Source: Eledone cirrhosa
Lineage: Eukaryota
Reading direction: 5' to 3'
Length of the DNA stretch: 64,000 bases
Assembly: GCA_964016885.1 (NCBI GenBank)
Contig: OZ024740.1
Span: forward strand, 442,308,001 to 442,372,000
This document shows positions 14,285-26,197 of the stretch, piece by piece (the first letter of the stretch is position 1; each line of letters begins with the position of its first letter). The notes beneath the pieces are model-generated. The model was not told the DNA's origin. It searched no databases and saw nothing but the letters and a program-made list of their open reading frames with translations. Made by a program: the position numbers and the translations under genes.

Positions 14285-14803
14285 AGATATACATATATAT
14301 ATGTGTGTGTAAGTGTTTATGTATGTGGTTGTGAGTATGTAAATATATTTTATTCTTTCCATTCTACAAAAACACTCTCGCCACCTGTAGCTTGTATGTT
14401 AACTTGACCACTCACCTCAGAACAATGGTCTGTGCCATTATTCGGTCTTGTTTATCTTCTAATACCAACCCACCTAAAAAAATTTCCCTACTATATATCT
14501 GTTGAATTACTATTCATGGGGTTTTTATTTATTTTTATTTATTTATTTATTTATCTATTTATTCATTTATTTATTTATTTATTTATTTACTTATTTATTT
14601 ACTTTGTCTTTTTCTTTTCCTTTTATTTTACAAAAGCACTCTGGCTAATTGACCACTCCCCAAAGAAAAAACGGTCTGTGCCATGTTGTGGTCCTGTGTA
14701 TCTAAATACCATCCTACCCACAAAATCCCCCCCCCCCCCCCAGCCCCTCCCCCTCCCTTACCACTACCTAAATGTATAAATACCAGAACTTAATATGACA
14801 CCC

Positions 14804-14854
14804 AGCTTCCTGAAGATTTCATCTGAATGAAACAGTACTAGTCCTGTAGAAGCT
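14804..14854 (+). ncRNA. Type I hammerhead ribozyme
   Basis: Stem I AGCTTC/GAAGCT, CTGAAGA, stem II T-TTC atct GAA-T, GAAA, stem III CAG..CTG, GUA; TATAAATA at 14775; (TA)n ~12 nt downstream. Confidence 0.8.
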
Positions 14855-14890
14855 CCTTCTATACAATATATATATATATATATATATATA

Positions 14891-15394
14891 TCTGAGTGAG
14901 TCTCTTGGTCAGTGTCCAAGTCTCAGACCCATACAGCAGCACAGACTCCACTACAGCAATGAAGAGGCGGATTTTCAGGTCTCTACGAAGGTCCGACTTC
15001 CACACCGATCTCAAGCTGTGGCACGCTGCCCAGGCCTTGCTCTTCCTCTCAACCACATCATCTTCCGTATTCCCAATCTTTGCTCCCAAATACAGGAAGT
15101 CCTCAACCAATTCCAGCGGCTTCCCGCCAACATTAGTGATCCCCTCTGGCTTCTCAACATTCTCTACCAGATATTTTGTTTTAGTCTCATTCATTCTCAG
15201 CCCCACACTCATCGACACAGTCTCAACCTCCCGCATCAAATCCTCTGCCTCCTTCACTGTATTTGTCACCAAAACTATGTCGTCGGCAAATTCAGCATCC
15301 GATACCTTTTTCGCCCCAACTCTCCTGCTCTGAGCCGGTGCTACAGTAAAGCTAGAGTCCTGGTGTTTCTCCAGTGCAAGGCGCATACAATAGT
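14891..15394 (-). pseudogene. RTE-clade reverse transcriptase fragment (inverted segment)
   Basis: EFADDIVLV, MNETKTKY, VEDFLYLG, LKIRLFIAVVESVLLYGSETWTLTK are typical RTE RT/thumb motifs. Confidence 0.9.
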
Positions 15395-15550
15395 CCACAC
15401 TGGAAGAGGAAGACCAAGGTTAACATATGTTGATGCCCTAAGGACAGACACTGGTCTGTTGGAGACGCAGGACATGGCAGCGATAATGAGGGACAGAGAC
15501 CGCTGGAGAGAACTCGTCCATGGATCTCGGGAATTTTACCCGCCTTAGAT

Positions 15551-15556
<6 letters not shown>
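15395..15556 (+). pseudogene. RTE ORF C-terminus and 3' tail
   Basis: GRGRPRLTYVDALRTDTG...MRDRDRWRELV then stop and tagataga tail; typical RTE C-terminus, on the opposite strand to the RT fragment. Confidence 0.85.
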
Positions 15557-15604
<48 letters not shown>

Positions 15605-15657
15605 TGATATATATATATTATCTATCTATCTATATGTATGTATGTATGTATGTATGT

Positions 15658-18600
15658 TTTCTCTTTCTCTTAATTTTGAGTATATTTTTTGACCGGCCAC
15701 CTTCCTGGTGGCAAGGTTGTAAAAGAAAAGAAATTGTCATCCCTTGAATCGCAAGAATGTTTTGCAAATTTTGAAGGTGCCAGCTATCGCAGCCATTTGT
15801 AGACTATGAATTAGGGAGCTGCGCTTTTTGTCCGCAAATCCAAGTTCAGTCATACTTTGGTCCAAGCGGGTTGGTATATAACCCGTAGCACCAATAATGA
15901 TGGGTATGAAGCTAAAGGTGTATCTTGGATACTGGATTTGTAAACTCCTCATCAATGGTCCGTAGATGTCCTCCTTCTCCTGTATTTTTCTGACAACGTT
16001 TACATCAAGTGGGCAGCTGATCTCCACAACAGAACACGTTTTCAATGTGTGGTCCCAAACTACAATATCAGGCCGGTTGTGCTTTAATTTCAGGTTCCAC
16101 CAGTATTCCTTAGTGCCATCTGTCTCAATATATTCTTCCTCGTTTGTTGTTCATTTTGTTTTCCGAAGTGCGTTCCAGATGGTTCTAGCTATCCCATCGT
16201 GTCTCATGGGGAGGTAGTAGCGAGATGACATTCTTTCGCAGCTGGCAACAATGTGGCTTACATCCTCGATCTTTGTTTTACATAGCCTACATTTATTGTC
16301 AGCTGCTGGCGCTCCTCTTTTGTGCAGCAGATATTTGGTAGGGAGTTCTTGTTCCTGTATTGCATAGAGATATCCCTCAAGGTGTGATGTCATAAACTTG
16401 TCGGAACTCCATGCCAGGCTTTTTGAGTGGTTTATCCCCTCTATGGTCTGTGTTTTACGCCTCAAGTATCCATGCACAACTTTTTCTGTAAATTGGTCAA
16501 TTTTTTTTTCTTGTTTGAACATTGAATAGGATCTTCCGATTTCTCTGGGTGAGAGATTTATATCGGGCTTTATTCCATATCTCTCCTCCAGATCAGTCGC
16601 TATTCTAATGATATTTCTTTTTTCATGGTCATAAACCTGGGCAAGATGGTTGCCAACCTTTTTCCTCTGTTGAAGGTGTTGCTTCAGTGTCACTATCCGG
16701 GTCTCATATGTTGTTAATATTGATTTTAGACCCCGGCCACCTTCCTTGCGTGAGAAGTATAGCCTATCCACATCACCATTGATGTTAAAGTTCCCAGTAA
16801 CACTGAGAAGTTTTCGAGTTCTAACATCCATCTCACTTAGTTCTTGCAATGACCAGTTCAGTAGGCCAAATGTTGGCGTTAGAATTGGCACATCATAAGT
16901 ATTGTGGGCAATGTATTTGTTGTATGCTGACAGTTCTGATGACCATATTTTCTTTACTCTTCTGACAGTTCTGGTTCTCTCCTTATTTATGGGTCCATCA
17001 TATCTGACATTCTCATCCTGTCCAAGATATCTGTAGTTGTCACCTGACTGCAGAGGTTGTATTGTCAGGCCGTTCATCTCTAGATTTCTAGAGGAGGGCA
17101 CAGCTCTTCCACGTTTTACTGCCAAATATGCACACTTGGACTCACCAAATTTCATTTTGATGTCGGTTGAAAATTGTGTGATGAGGTCCAATTGTTTCTT
17201 GATGTCATTGATATTTGGCCCATACAACTTCAGGTCATCAACAAAGAAAAGATGGGAGATACTTCTGGTCCCACTTCTTTGTCGACCTTGTTTCCTGAGT
17301 AGGTAAGATAGTGGATTCAGTGAGAGAACGAAGAGTAGCACTGACAAGCTATCACCCTGAAAGATGCCCTTCTGGTAATGTATCTTATCAGTCTTAACCT
17401 GCTCCTTCTCACCTCTAAGGATCAAACTGGTGTACCAGTTCTTGGTCAGGCGTTCAACAGCAGCTACCAATGGTTGTGGGACTTTAGCTAACTGTAAAGC
17501 CTTAACAATCCACCCATGAGGTACACTATCAAATGCTTTTTGATAGTCCAGCCACACGACAGTCATGTTTCTGCGATTCTTTGTTGTTTTTTCCTGAATC
17601 ATTTTGTTAGTTAGTAGGTGATCTATGCAACCCCACACCTCCCTCTTTCCACCAGCTTGCTCAGGTGTTATGATGTTGTTGGTAGCACAGTGATCCTGTA
17701 AGAACAGGTTAAGGCACCCAGTATATAATTTATACATGATATTTTGGCAGGCAATTGGGCGGTAATTTTTAGCAAGGGTGGTTTGGCTATTTTTGGGAAT
17801 GAGGAGAGTAGAGGCAGTTGATAACCATCTGGGCAGTTCTTGTGTGCCCTTAATGGTTTCTGTAAACAGCCGTATGAGATCTTGCCGATAGAAAGTGAAA
17901 TTCTTCAACCAGTATCCTGTAATGAGGTCTGGGCCTGGCGATTTCCTATTCGACATTTTCTGTAGAGCTGTTTCCAGTATTGACCCATCTATGTCATATT
18001 GTTTTGTCTGGACATGTTGGCAGTAGTCCTGTTCCAGTTCTTTTAGCCAATTAGCTTGTCTGTTGAATCCGTCATCCGTTTCCCATACAGATCTCCAGTA
18101 GCTCTCAACCTGTTCTTTTGAAGGGGTGTCATTTACAGAGATTGAGCTTTTGCCACCGAAGCTGCGATAAACTGATTTAGGATCTCTGGCAAACAATCTA
18201 TTTAGCACTTGTCGTTTATGTGCTGTTGACTTATATTTTAGTCTTTCTGTTGTAGCTGTGAGGTGTTGTTTCAACTGGTGTAATTTGGAGTTCAAAGTTT
18301 TAAATTTTGTATCTCCAAATCTTCTCTCTAACTTTTTCTTTAGGTCTTCCTGGTGTTGTGTGAAGTTGCTCTCTATGTTGCATTTCATAACGACTGCGAT
18401 GTGTGAGATACTTCGTCTCAGGGACAAAATTTTGGTTTTTAAATTTCGCATCGACGCTGGTTCAGGCTTTCTGTTTGTATCTTGATTGCGTGGTTTTAGA
18501 TGTGTGTTATATGCTAGCAATGTGACAGCTGAAACATATAACAAAACATTAAGCGTTTCAAATGTCGTTTCTACACCTTTAGATCGTATAGCCTTCAGAT

Positions 18601-19633
18601 AATTGCCAGCTATTTCGTTCACCGCTTCCAATTCCAATTTAGTGGGTTCTTTACTGACTCTAGTGTTGTATGGTCTGTCACTCACATTAAGGCTGTGTAT
18701 CTCTTGAAACATATCATTCCATATCACTTGTAGGGAGCCCACAAGTTTTTGGTGCTCTGTTTGTTCAGTAGAGTCATGAATTTCAGCCTCGTTGTTGATG
18801 TGGTGACAATTACTACTAGAGTCAGCTGACCTTTCTCGCTGTTCTTCAGTGGAAGTGGGATGAATTTCAGCAAAATTGTTGGTGAGCTGTTCACTGTTAG
18901 ATTTAGCTGGCCATTCTCTTTGTCTGTCAGTGGAGGTGGGGTGGTTGTCTACAAGGGCTGTATTTGTAGTATCACTCGATTCCGTTAGATGTATCAATTT
19001 ACATCTAATGATACGTTTTGCCTGTTCATTTAAATGCTTTGGAGAAAAGTCTAATTCTGGGTGTTTGGAGTTCCATAAAGTTTTTAGCCTTTGCATAAAA
19101 CCGAACTTTTGGGGTTCAGATTGTTTGTATGCTTCATATAATACTTTGTTAAGCTCGTAGGTCCACTGTGTACAACGGTTGTAATTGCGATTTGGTCGAA
19201 GGAGACTTGTACTTTTTGCCATGATGAGTTCGTCTATTCACTAATATTTCGTATTTATTTTTCAAAATAGTCGATGATCTTCTTTAAAAGTTACGACAAA
19301 GTTCTGTCAGAACCAAATTTAAAGTTATTCACAGCTTGAGTAATATTTCTTTTCGGTTAGTTTTTAATTCTACAGCTGTGTTTTATATAAATGTAATATT
19401 TCTTTATAAATGTAATATAACAACGTTGCATTTATATGTTAAAGTGTATGTATCGTTCATATAAATAGGTGTTTTACAACACACTTACAGTTCAAACACT
19501 TATGTAGAATTATTGTATGTAATCTTACCGCGTAATGTAGCTCAACTTTTTCCAATATATGGTATGTTGCCTTCATGTAAGCCGTAATTACACACGTCCG
19601 ATTATCGGACACTGACCACAACGGTCGCCATTT
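15658..19633 (-). mobile_element. Near full-length RLE-type non-LTR retrotransposon (R4/Dong-like)
   Basis: Single long ORF with RT, CCHC and PD-(D/E)xK endonuclease; ~410-bp 5' UTR and short 3' UTR; both ends abut (TATG)n. Confidence 0.9.
15737..19222 (-). CDS. RT plus restriction-like endonuclease polyprotein interrupted by one in-frame TGA (16151-16153)
   Basis: KSPGPD, YRPIAC, WLDYQKAFDSVPH, GIFQGDSLS, FVDDLKLY, YRYLG, GGRGL, CRLC..EDVSHIVASC, RHD; in the same frame after the TGA: EYWWN..HNRPDIVVWD..VVEISCP..KEDIY. Confidence 0.9.
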
Positions 19634-19738
19634 TATGTATGTATGTATGTATGTATGTATGTATGTATGTATGTATGTATGTATGTATGTATGTATGTAT
19701 GTATGTATGTATGTATGTATCTATCTATCTATCTATCT

Positions 19739-19772
<34 letters not shown>

Positions 19773-19774
<2 letters not shown>

Positions 19775-19812
19775 AGGAACGAGTAGGACCCCGACGGCTG
19801 AGCTCAAGCTCG
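19773..19812 (-). mobile_element. Fragment of the 2939-3128 fold-back family inside (TA)n
   Basis: aggaacgagtaggaccccgacggctgagctcaagc matches 2940-2975. Confidence 0.7.
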
Positions 19813-19880
<68 letters not shown>

Positions 19881-20308
19881 GTATATATGTATATATCTAT
19901 CTCTCTATATACAATTGTTCCAGAACATATGTCTATATATAACTGTTTATCGTATCCGATCATATAAATGGTTTATTAAATAAGTAGATATATCTCAGTG
20001 TATACTACACCTACAGAACGAGATTAAATTTGTATTTCAGATTTTTTTCAATTTCACAAAAAATATATTTTCTAAACTGTTATCTCTTTATTATGTAGCT
20101 TTGTCTATGAAGTTACTTTGGTATTTTTGGTGTGTGTCTGTTTGTGTATATGTGTGTCTTTGTGTGTGTGTATGTGTATATATGTGTGTATATATGTTTG
20201 TGTACATGTATCTGTGTGTCTATGTGTATATTTGAGTGTATGTGTGATGCTTGTGTATGTGTGTATATATGTTTGTGTACATGTATGTGTGTGTCTATGT
20301 GTATGTTT

Positions 20309-20432
<124 letters not shown>

Positions 20433-20691
20433 GCGTGTGTGCTAAATAGTCAATTTTTGTTTTGGCTTTTCAATTTCAGTAAAGCCACACTTTCGTATCT
20501 GTGAATCTTCAGTAGTGTTTCAGTCATCACCTATTTATAGGGAATTCCCAGCCGTTAATATAATCAGTGCTAGACAAAAACATTAGATATTTTACTTAAA
20601 CCGGCTGAGAAAGTAACTGTTAGAAAAATATCTTTAGATTTTCTTAGATTAAAATCACATTTTCATGGTTTTCAATTGATTGTTGAGATAA

Positions 20692-20777
<86 letters not shown>

Positions 20778-21624
20778 CTCTCTCTCTCTCTCTCTCTCTC
20801 TCTGTATAATTAAACAAATTGTAAAGATAAATGAAAGGTAAGGAAATACGACCTGAAAATATGTTTGTACCTCACGTCAGAAATATAATGCATTAATTAG
20901 AAAATATAGAAAATATATGGTCGTTGAAGTTTCATGGTTTCTGTGATTTTGTTGACACTTTTTTACTGAGCAAGTTGGCGGTGTGGGTATGTAGTAGTTT
21001 TGGTGGGGACTAAGAGAGAGAGAAAGAGAGTGTGTCAGTGTGTGTGTGTGTGAGAGACAGGGAAGGAGAGAGAGAGAAATGTGTGTGAGAGAGAGGGAGA
21101 GAGAAAGTAAAAAAGAGAGATGGAGAGAGGGAAAGAGAGGCAGAGAGCGAAACAGAGTAAGAGAAAGGGAGAGTGTGTGTGAGAGAGAGAGTGAGAGAGG
21201 AAGAGAAAGAGGGAGAGAGGGAGGGAGATGGAGAGAGAGAGATGGGGAGAGAGAGAGGTAGTGAGAGTTCGAGAAAGAGTGAGTGAGAGTGTGAGAGAGA
21301 GTAAGAGTGAGAGAGCATGAGAGTGTGTGTGAAAGAAAGAGGGAGAGAGGGGGGAGAGAATGAGAGAGAGAAGAGAAAAAAACAGTTTCCGATATTTGAC
21401 TAATATTATTTATTGATCTCGACATGAACGGTGAAGTCTACCTCAACGAAATGTGTACTCAAAGCATATGTAAACAGAACAAATAGCACAAAGCAATCTC
21501 TCCGACACTCTACCCCCTCTGTAGATTGTCTATCATGTTGAACAGAGGAGTTGGTCACGTGACTTTAGTTGGTTTAGACTTTACATGTAATCAAAATTCT
21601 TTATTAACATCTCTCTAAAGTTGA

Positions 21625-21820
21625 AGGCCGCGAAATGGCAGATTCGTTAGAATGTCGTATAAAATACGTTGTGATATTTGTTCCGGCTCTCTGCTCTCAG
21701 TTCAAATCCCACCAAGTTCAACTTTGCCTTTCATCCATTCGAGGTTGATAAAAAAAATACCAGTCTTGTATTGGGGTCCATTCTTCTTCTATATCTCTTT
21801 CTCACTGCCATTCTCTCTGT
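21625..21820 (+). mobile_element. Meta-like SINE
   Basis: cagttcaaatcccaccaagttcaactttgcctttcatccattcgaggttgataaaa. Confidence 0.7.
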
Positions 21821-21911
21821 TGGGTCACGTTCAATTAAAATAAATTAAAAAAAATCATGTTCACTTAAAGATAATTTTTAAATGATTAAAATATATACAG
21901 ACATGTCTTTT

Positions 21912-21938
21912 TTTCAATCTACTCTTTCACAACCACTA

Positions 21939-22011
<73 letters not shown>

Positions 22012-22040
22012 AATCTACTCTCTCATAACCACTATCTCTT

Positions 22041-22118
<78 letters not shown>

Positions 22119-22352
22119 AATCTACTCTCTCACAACCACTATCTCTTTCTCTCTTTCTTTCTCTCTGTTTATAAAGGTACACAGAAAAACCCCATATCTC
22201 AGGAATCTGTGCTCCGCTTTATGCGAAACTTGTTTTATTCCATTTGTATTCCCATTTCAGGGGCAACTTCATTTCAAAGTATTTTCCCATTATGTGCCCC
22301 TTTGGCGGTATCAAATTACAGACAAGACACAATCACAGCGTTTTAGTAGTAT

Positions 22353-22357
<5 letters not shown>
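21912..22357 (-). mobile_element. Probable 5' portion of a non-autonomous Helitron-like repeat
   Basis: Homologous to 27700-28008; minus strand begins A|TCTATATACTACTAAAAC, a Helitron-like 5' TC; 3' end not identified. Confidence 0.5.
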
Positions 22358-22402
<45 letters not shown>

Positions 22403-22631
22403 GGATAGATAGATTCAAAATAAACAAACACCAACAACACCACACTACCACCACCACCACCACGCTACTACCACCACCACCACCACCACCACCACCACTA
22501 CCACCACCACCACCACCACCACCACCACCACCACCACCACCACACTACCACCACCACCACCACCACCACCACACTACCACCACCACCACCACCACCACCA
22601 CACCACCACCACCACCACCACCACCACCACC

Positions 22632-23312
22632 AGGCCTTTGACACCATCCTCCAGAACATCCCTGTGTTGAAAAAGGACCAAATCCTACGAACACACGATA
22701 TCATAAAGAGCAAAAGACAATCCAAGTCAATGAAAAACATCTTAACACATGCCAAAGTACTGCCAACCACAACAACGAAACCCACAGTAAAAAAATGCGA
22801 TAGACCCAACTGTGGCATTTGCATCAACCTAATAGAGGGTTCGGAATTCTATTTCAAAGAAGGACAACGTTTTATAGTAAAACACAATTTCACATGTGCA
22901 TCGGAAAATCTAATATATGTATTAACTTGCTCAGGTTGTCGAGAACAATACATAGGCCAGACCAAAAACAGCCTCCGCCAACGCATGACTGTCCATAGAT
23001 CCCAAATAAAAATACCGGAATACAGGAAAATACCACTGAGTGAACACATGGATACCTGTGCCGCCCATAATCATCCCAACTTCAGAATCTTTCCCCTCTA
23101 CAAATTTAAAGATAATGCCACCCATACCCAGCGCATCAGCAAGGAATTTTACTTTATTAACAAATACGGACCCCGTCTAAACACTTCTCCCTAAGACGAA
23201 CCCACAACATACACACATCAACATACATACCTACATCAGCACACATCTCTACCCACATATAAACACAATGACATACGTAAACACACATGTTCTATGGTGC
23301 AACACAAAAAAA

Positions 23313-23320
<8 letters not shown>
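22632..23320 (+). mobile_element. 5'-truncated Penelope-like element (Neptune-like)
   Basis: GIY-YIG ORF followed by a 3' UTR that runs into (TA)n; (CCA)n upstream. Confidence 0.85.
22664..23194 (+). CDS. PLE C-terminal Zn linker plus GIY-YIG endonuclease (truncated ORF)
   Basis: CDRPNCGIC linker, FTCASENLIYVLTCSGCREQYIGQT..LRQRMTVH..LSEH..KEFYFINKYGPRLN. Confidence 0.9.
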   Translation: MLKKDQILRTHDIIKSKRQSKSMKNILTHAKVLPTTTTKPTVKKCDRPNCGICINLIEGSEFYFKEGQRFIVKHNFTCASENLIYVLTCSGCREQYIGQTKNSLRQRMTVHRSQIKIPEYRKIPLSEHMDTCAAHNHPNFRIFPLYKFKDNATHTQRISKEFYFINKYGPRLNTSP

Positions 23321-23368
<48 letters not shown>

Positions 23369-23565
23369 ATATATGTGTATATATATATATATAGTGAATA
23401 TCATTTCACACCTTTTATTGTTAAGATTTGTGATGTTCTCTTAAGAGAACCGATTTTACCAAAAATATCGAATAATGTACACCATTTTACCAGGGGGAAA
23501 AAATACTGGTCCACCCACACACACACACACACATACACACGCGTACATTAACATACAAAGAGACT

Positions 23566-23608
<43 letters not shown>

Positions 23609-23714
23609 CTCCGTATAAGACAAAAGCTGAAAAATATCTTTTGACATGCTAAAATACCCCACACTGCTTACAGACACATTCCTACTGACCATCCCGCTAC
23701 CACGAATTATTCTG

Positions 23715-23766
<52 letters not shown>

Positions 23767-23879
23767 ATCTTAATAGCCATTTGAACTGTCAACAGGCTGC
23801 GGTTCGCACACACATCACTGCTAACCATTATCACAACATCGAAGACTTTACTACTACTACACACACACACACACACACA

Positions 23880-24246
23880 TATTTGTTGTGAAAGAGTCAT
23901 TTCTCAGTCTTGGCGCAAAATCAATTTTTTACATTCACATGACCTCTACCGACCAATCAAAATTGTTTTGACGACAATAATTTTTGCAACACCAAGTAGC
24001 GCTGGTGCCACTTTTTAAACATAAAAATAGGTAGAATTCCCAAAACTAATCAGACCAGAGCAAACAACACGGACGCTCTATCTCAAAATTATTTTTGAAA
24101 AGCATTTAGAAATGCGCAACCGGTAAAAACTTAAAAACTTAAAACCACAACTGAATACTAACCCATACAATTACTAATACTCTTTTATTGCTAATTAAAC
24201 TATTTTTCAACCGTGAACAATTTGTCAGCATTTTCTATTCCGTTTA

Positions 24247-24252
<6 letters not shown>
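23880..24252 (+). mobile_element. Short (TA)n-terminated element with HHR variant
   Basis: Closely similar copy at 57788-58270; contains GACCAATC and the HHR-like motif at 24092. Confidence 0.8.
24092..24128 (+). ncRNA. Hammerhead variant (U3-A8; GCAA in place of GAAA)
   Basis: TTT, TTGAAAA, GCATTT ag AAATGC, GCAA, CCGG, TA, AAA. Confidence 0.5.
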
Positions 24253-24318
<66 letters not shown>

Positions 24319-24610
24319 ATTGAACAACCTTGAATCATAGACAACCTATGTATTTCTGGGGGTACCTAGTATGCCTGGAGATATTAACTTCAATCTCTTT
24401 CTCCGTCTGTTGAGAACAATTCTGCTGTTCTATTTAGCTGGTATTTTTTTTTTTAGTAGTAATTGTAGACAGCAAGTCTTTGATTTTCCCGCTTTTACTT
24501 CGGTCCAGTTTACATACGGGTCACTTTTACGACCTTTCAGACCTTTATTTGCTGGCAGGAGGTTATATATTTTGTCATTCCTGGGACGTTTAGCCATAGG
24601 AAGGGAAAAT

Positions 24611-24692
24611 GCTTCTCTGATGAGCTTTGGTTTTCCATCATAAATCCATCGGATTTATGAGGTTTTACAAAGCGAAACTGATCAGTAAGGGC
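24611..24692 (+). ncRNA. Type I hammerhead ribozyme
   Basis: gcttct, CTGATGA, GCTTTG..tcataaatcc atc ggatttatga..CAAAGC, GAAA, palindromic CTGATCAG, TA, agggc. Confidence 0.85.
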
Positions 24693-25103
24693 CACTAGGA
24701 GAGGTAAATATTTATATTATATTTTTTAATGTATTTAAAAAAATTGATTGAATTTTACTTGTTCTGCTTATCTTAATATTAAAGTTCTGGTGTATCAAAT
24801 TAATACCATTGAACAACCTTGAACCATAGACAACCTATGTATTTCTGGGGGTACCTAGTATCCCTGGACATATTAACTTCAATCTCTTTCTCCGTCTGTT
24901 GAGAACAAGTCTGCTGTTCTATTTAGCTGCTATTTCTTTTTTTTTTTAGTAGTAATTGTAGACAGCAAGTCTTTGATTTTCCCGCTTTTACTTCGGTCCA
25001 GTTTACACACGGGTCACTTTTACGACCTTTCAGACCTTTATTTGCTGGCAGGAGGTTATATATTTTGTCGTTCCTGGGACGTTTAGCCCTAGGAAGGGAA
25101 AAT

Positions 25104-25185
25104 GCTTCTCTGATGAGCTTTGGTTTTCCATCATAAATCCATCGGATTTATGAGGTTTTACAAAGCGAAACTGATCAGTAAGGGC
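25104..25185 (+). ncRNA. Type I hammerhead ribozyme (second unit)
   Basis: Identical to 24611-24692. Confidence 0.85.
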
Positions 25186-25265
25186 CACTAGGAGAGGTAA
25201 ATATTTATATTATATTTTTTAATGTATTTTAAAAAATTGATTGAATTTTACTTGTTCTGCTTATC

Positions 25266-25315
<50 letters not shown>

Positions 25316-25319
<4 letters not shown>

Positions 25320-25973
25320 TTTAGCGAGGATTTTTATATGAAATCGTGTGTCGAAACAGATATTGTTATACTTGGGAGGGTCATATTTGCGTAATATTGC
25401 CAGAATTAATAACAGAACACACTCACTGTTTGGTTGGTTTTCGCTTCTCGCTGTCTTTTATATCTGCGATCTAACTTACCCGGTCCTCAATGTTGCCATT
25501 GACTGACCGACGGTCAAAAATAATACAGATACAATATAGACACAAACACATATATATAGTTTACATAATTTACATAAATCTTTCGTTGCACATCTGCAAC
25601 ATCGTCAGTGGTGTTATATTCTTTGTTCCTCCTGTTGTGTTGTATGTCTACGCCATTTTTTTACAGACAGACTGAATAAAAAAATGGCGTAGACATACAA
25701 CACAACAGGAGGAACAAAGAATATAACACCACTGACGATGTTGCAGATGTGCAACGAAAGATTTATGTAAATTATGTAAACTATATATATGTGTTTGTGT
25801 CTATATTGTATCTGTATTATTTTTGACCGTCGGTCAGTCAATGGCAACATTGAAGACCGAGTAAGTTAGATCGCAGATATAAAAGACAGCGAGAAGCGAA
25901 AACCAACCAAACAGTGAGTGTGTTCTGTTATTAATTCTGGCAATATTACGCAAATATGACCCTCCCCAAGTAT

Positions 25974-25978
<5 letters not shown>
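25316..25978. mobile_element. Near-perfect ~300-bp-arm palindromic insertion in (TA)n
   Basis: 25366-25662 is the reverse complement of 25677-25975, with a ~14-bp spacer; the ORF track shows the same peptide on both strands; related pieces at 36611-36686 and 57395-57762. Confidence 0.9.
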
Positions 25979-26046
<68 letters not shown>

Positions 26047-26113
26047 CAAGGTTTAGCAAATAAGAAAAAGTTTTAAAATAAATTTTTAAAAGTTCACTGT
26101 GCCTGCTATAACT

Positions 26114-26197
26114 ACCCTTACCGTGCGGTTTCAAGTCTCAAAATAAATGGATAATCCATGCGGGAATCCATTGAGAAGAAGACTTTCGTCAGAGGGT
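26114..26197 (-). ncRNA. Type I hammerhead ribozyme
   Basis: Minus strand: ACCCT, CTGACGA, AAGTCT..aatggat..atccatt..AGACTT, GAAA, CCG ca CGG, TA, AGGGT. Confidence 0.9.

Larger units (their letters stand above)
24316..25270 (+). mobile_element. Head-to-tail dimer of a ~490-bp HHR-containing unit in (TA)n (retrozyme/pLTR-like)
   Basis: 24316-24804 repeated at 24805-25270 with few differences; one HHR per unit; (TA)n on both sides; no protein motif. Confidence 0.9.

Noticed and set aside
14896-15333. Plus-strand 145-aa ORF, and similar ORFs at 17037, 18258, 18876 and 49176
   Set aside because: Antisense shadows of retroelement ORFs
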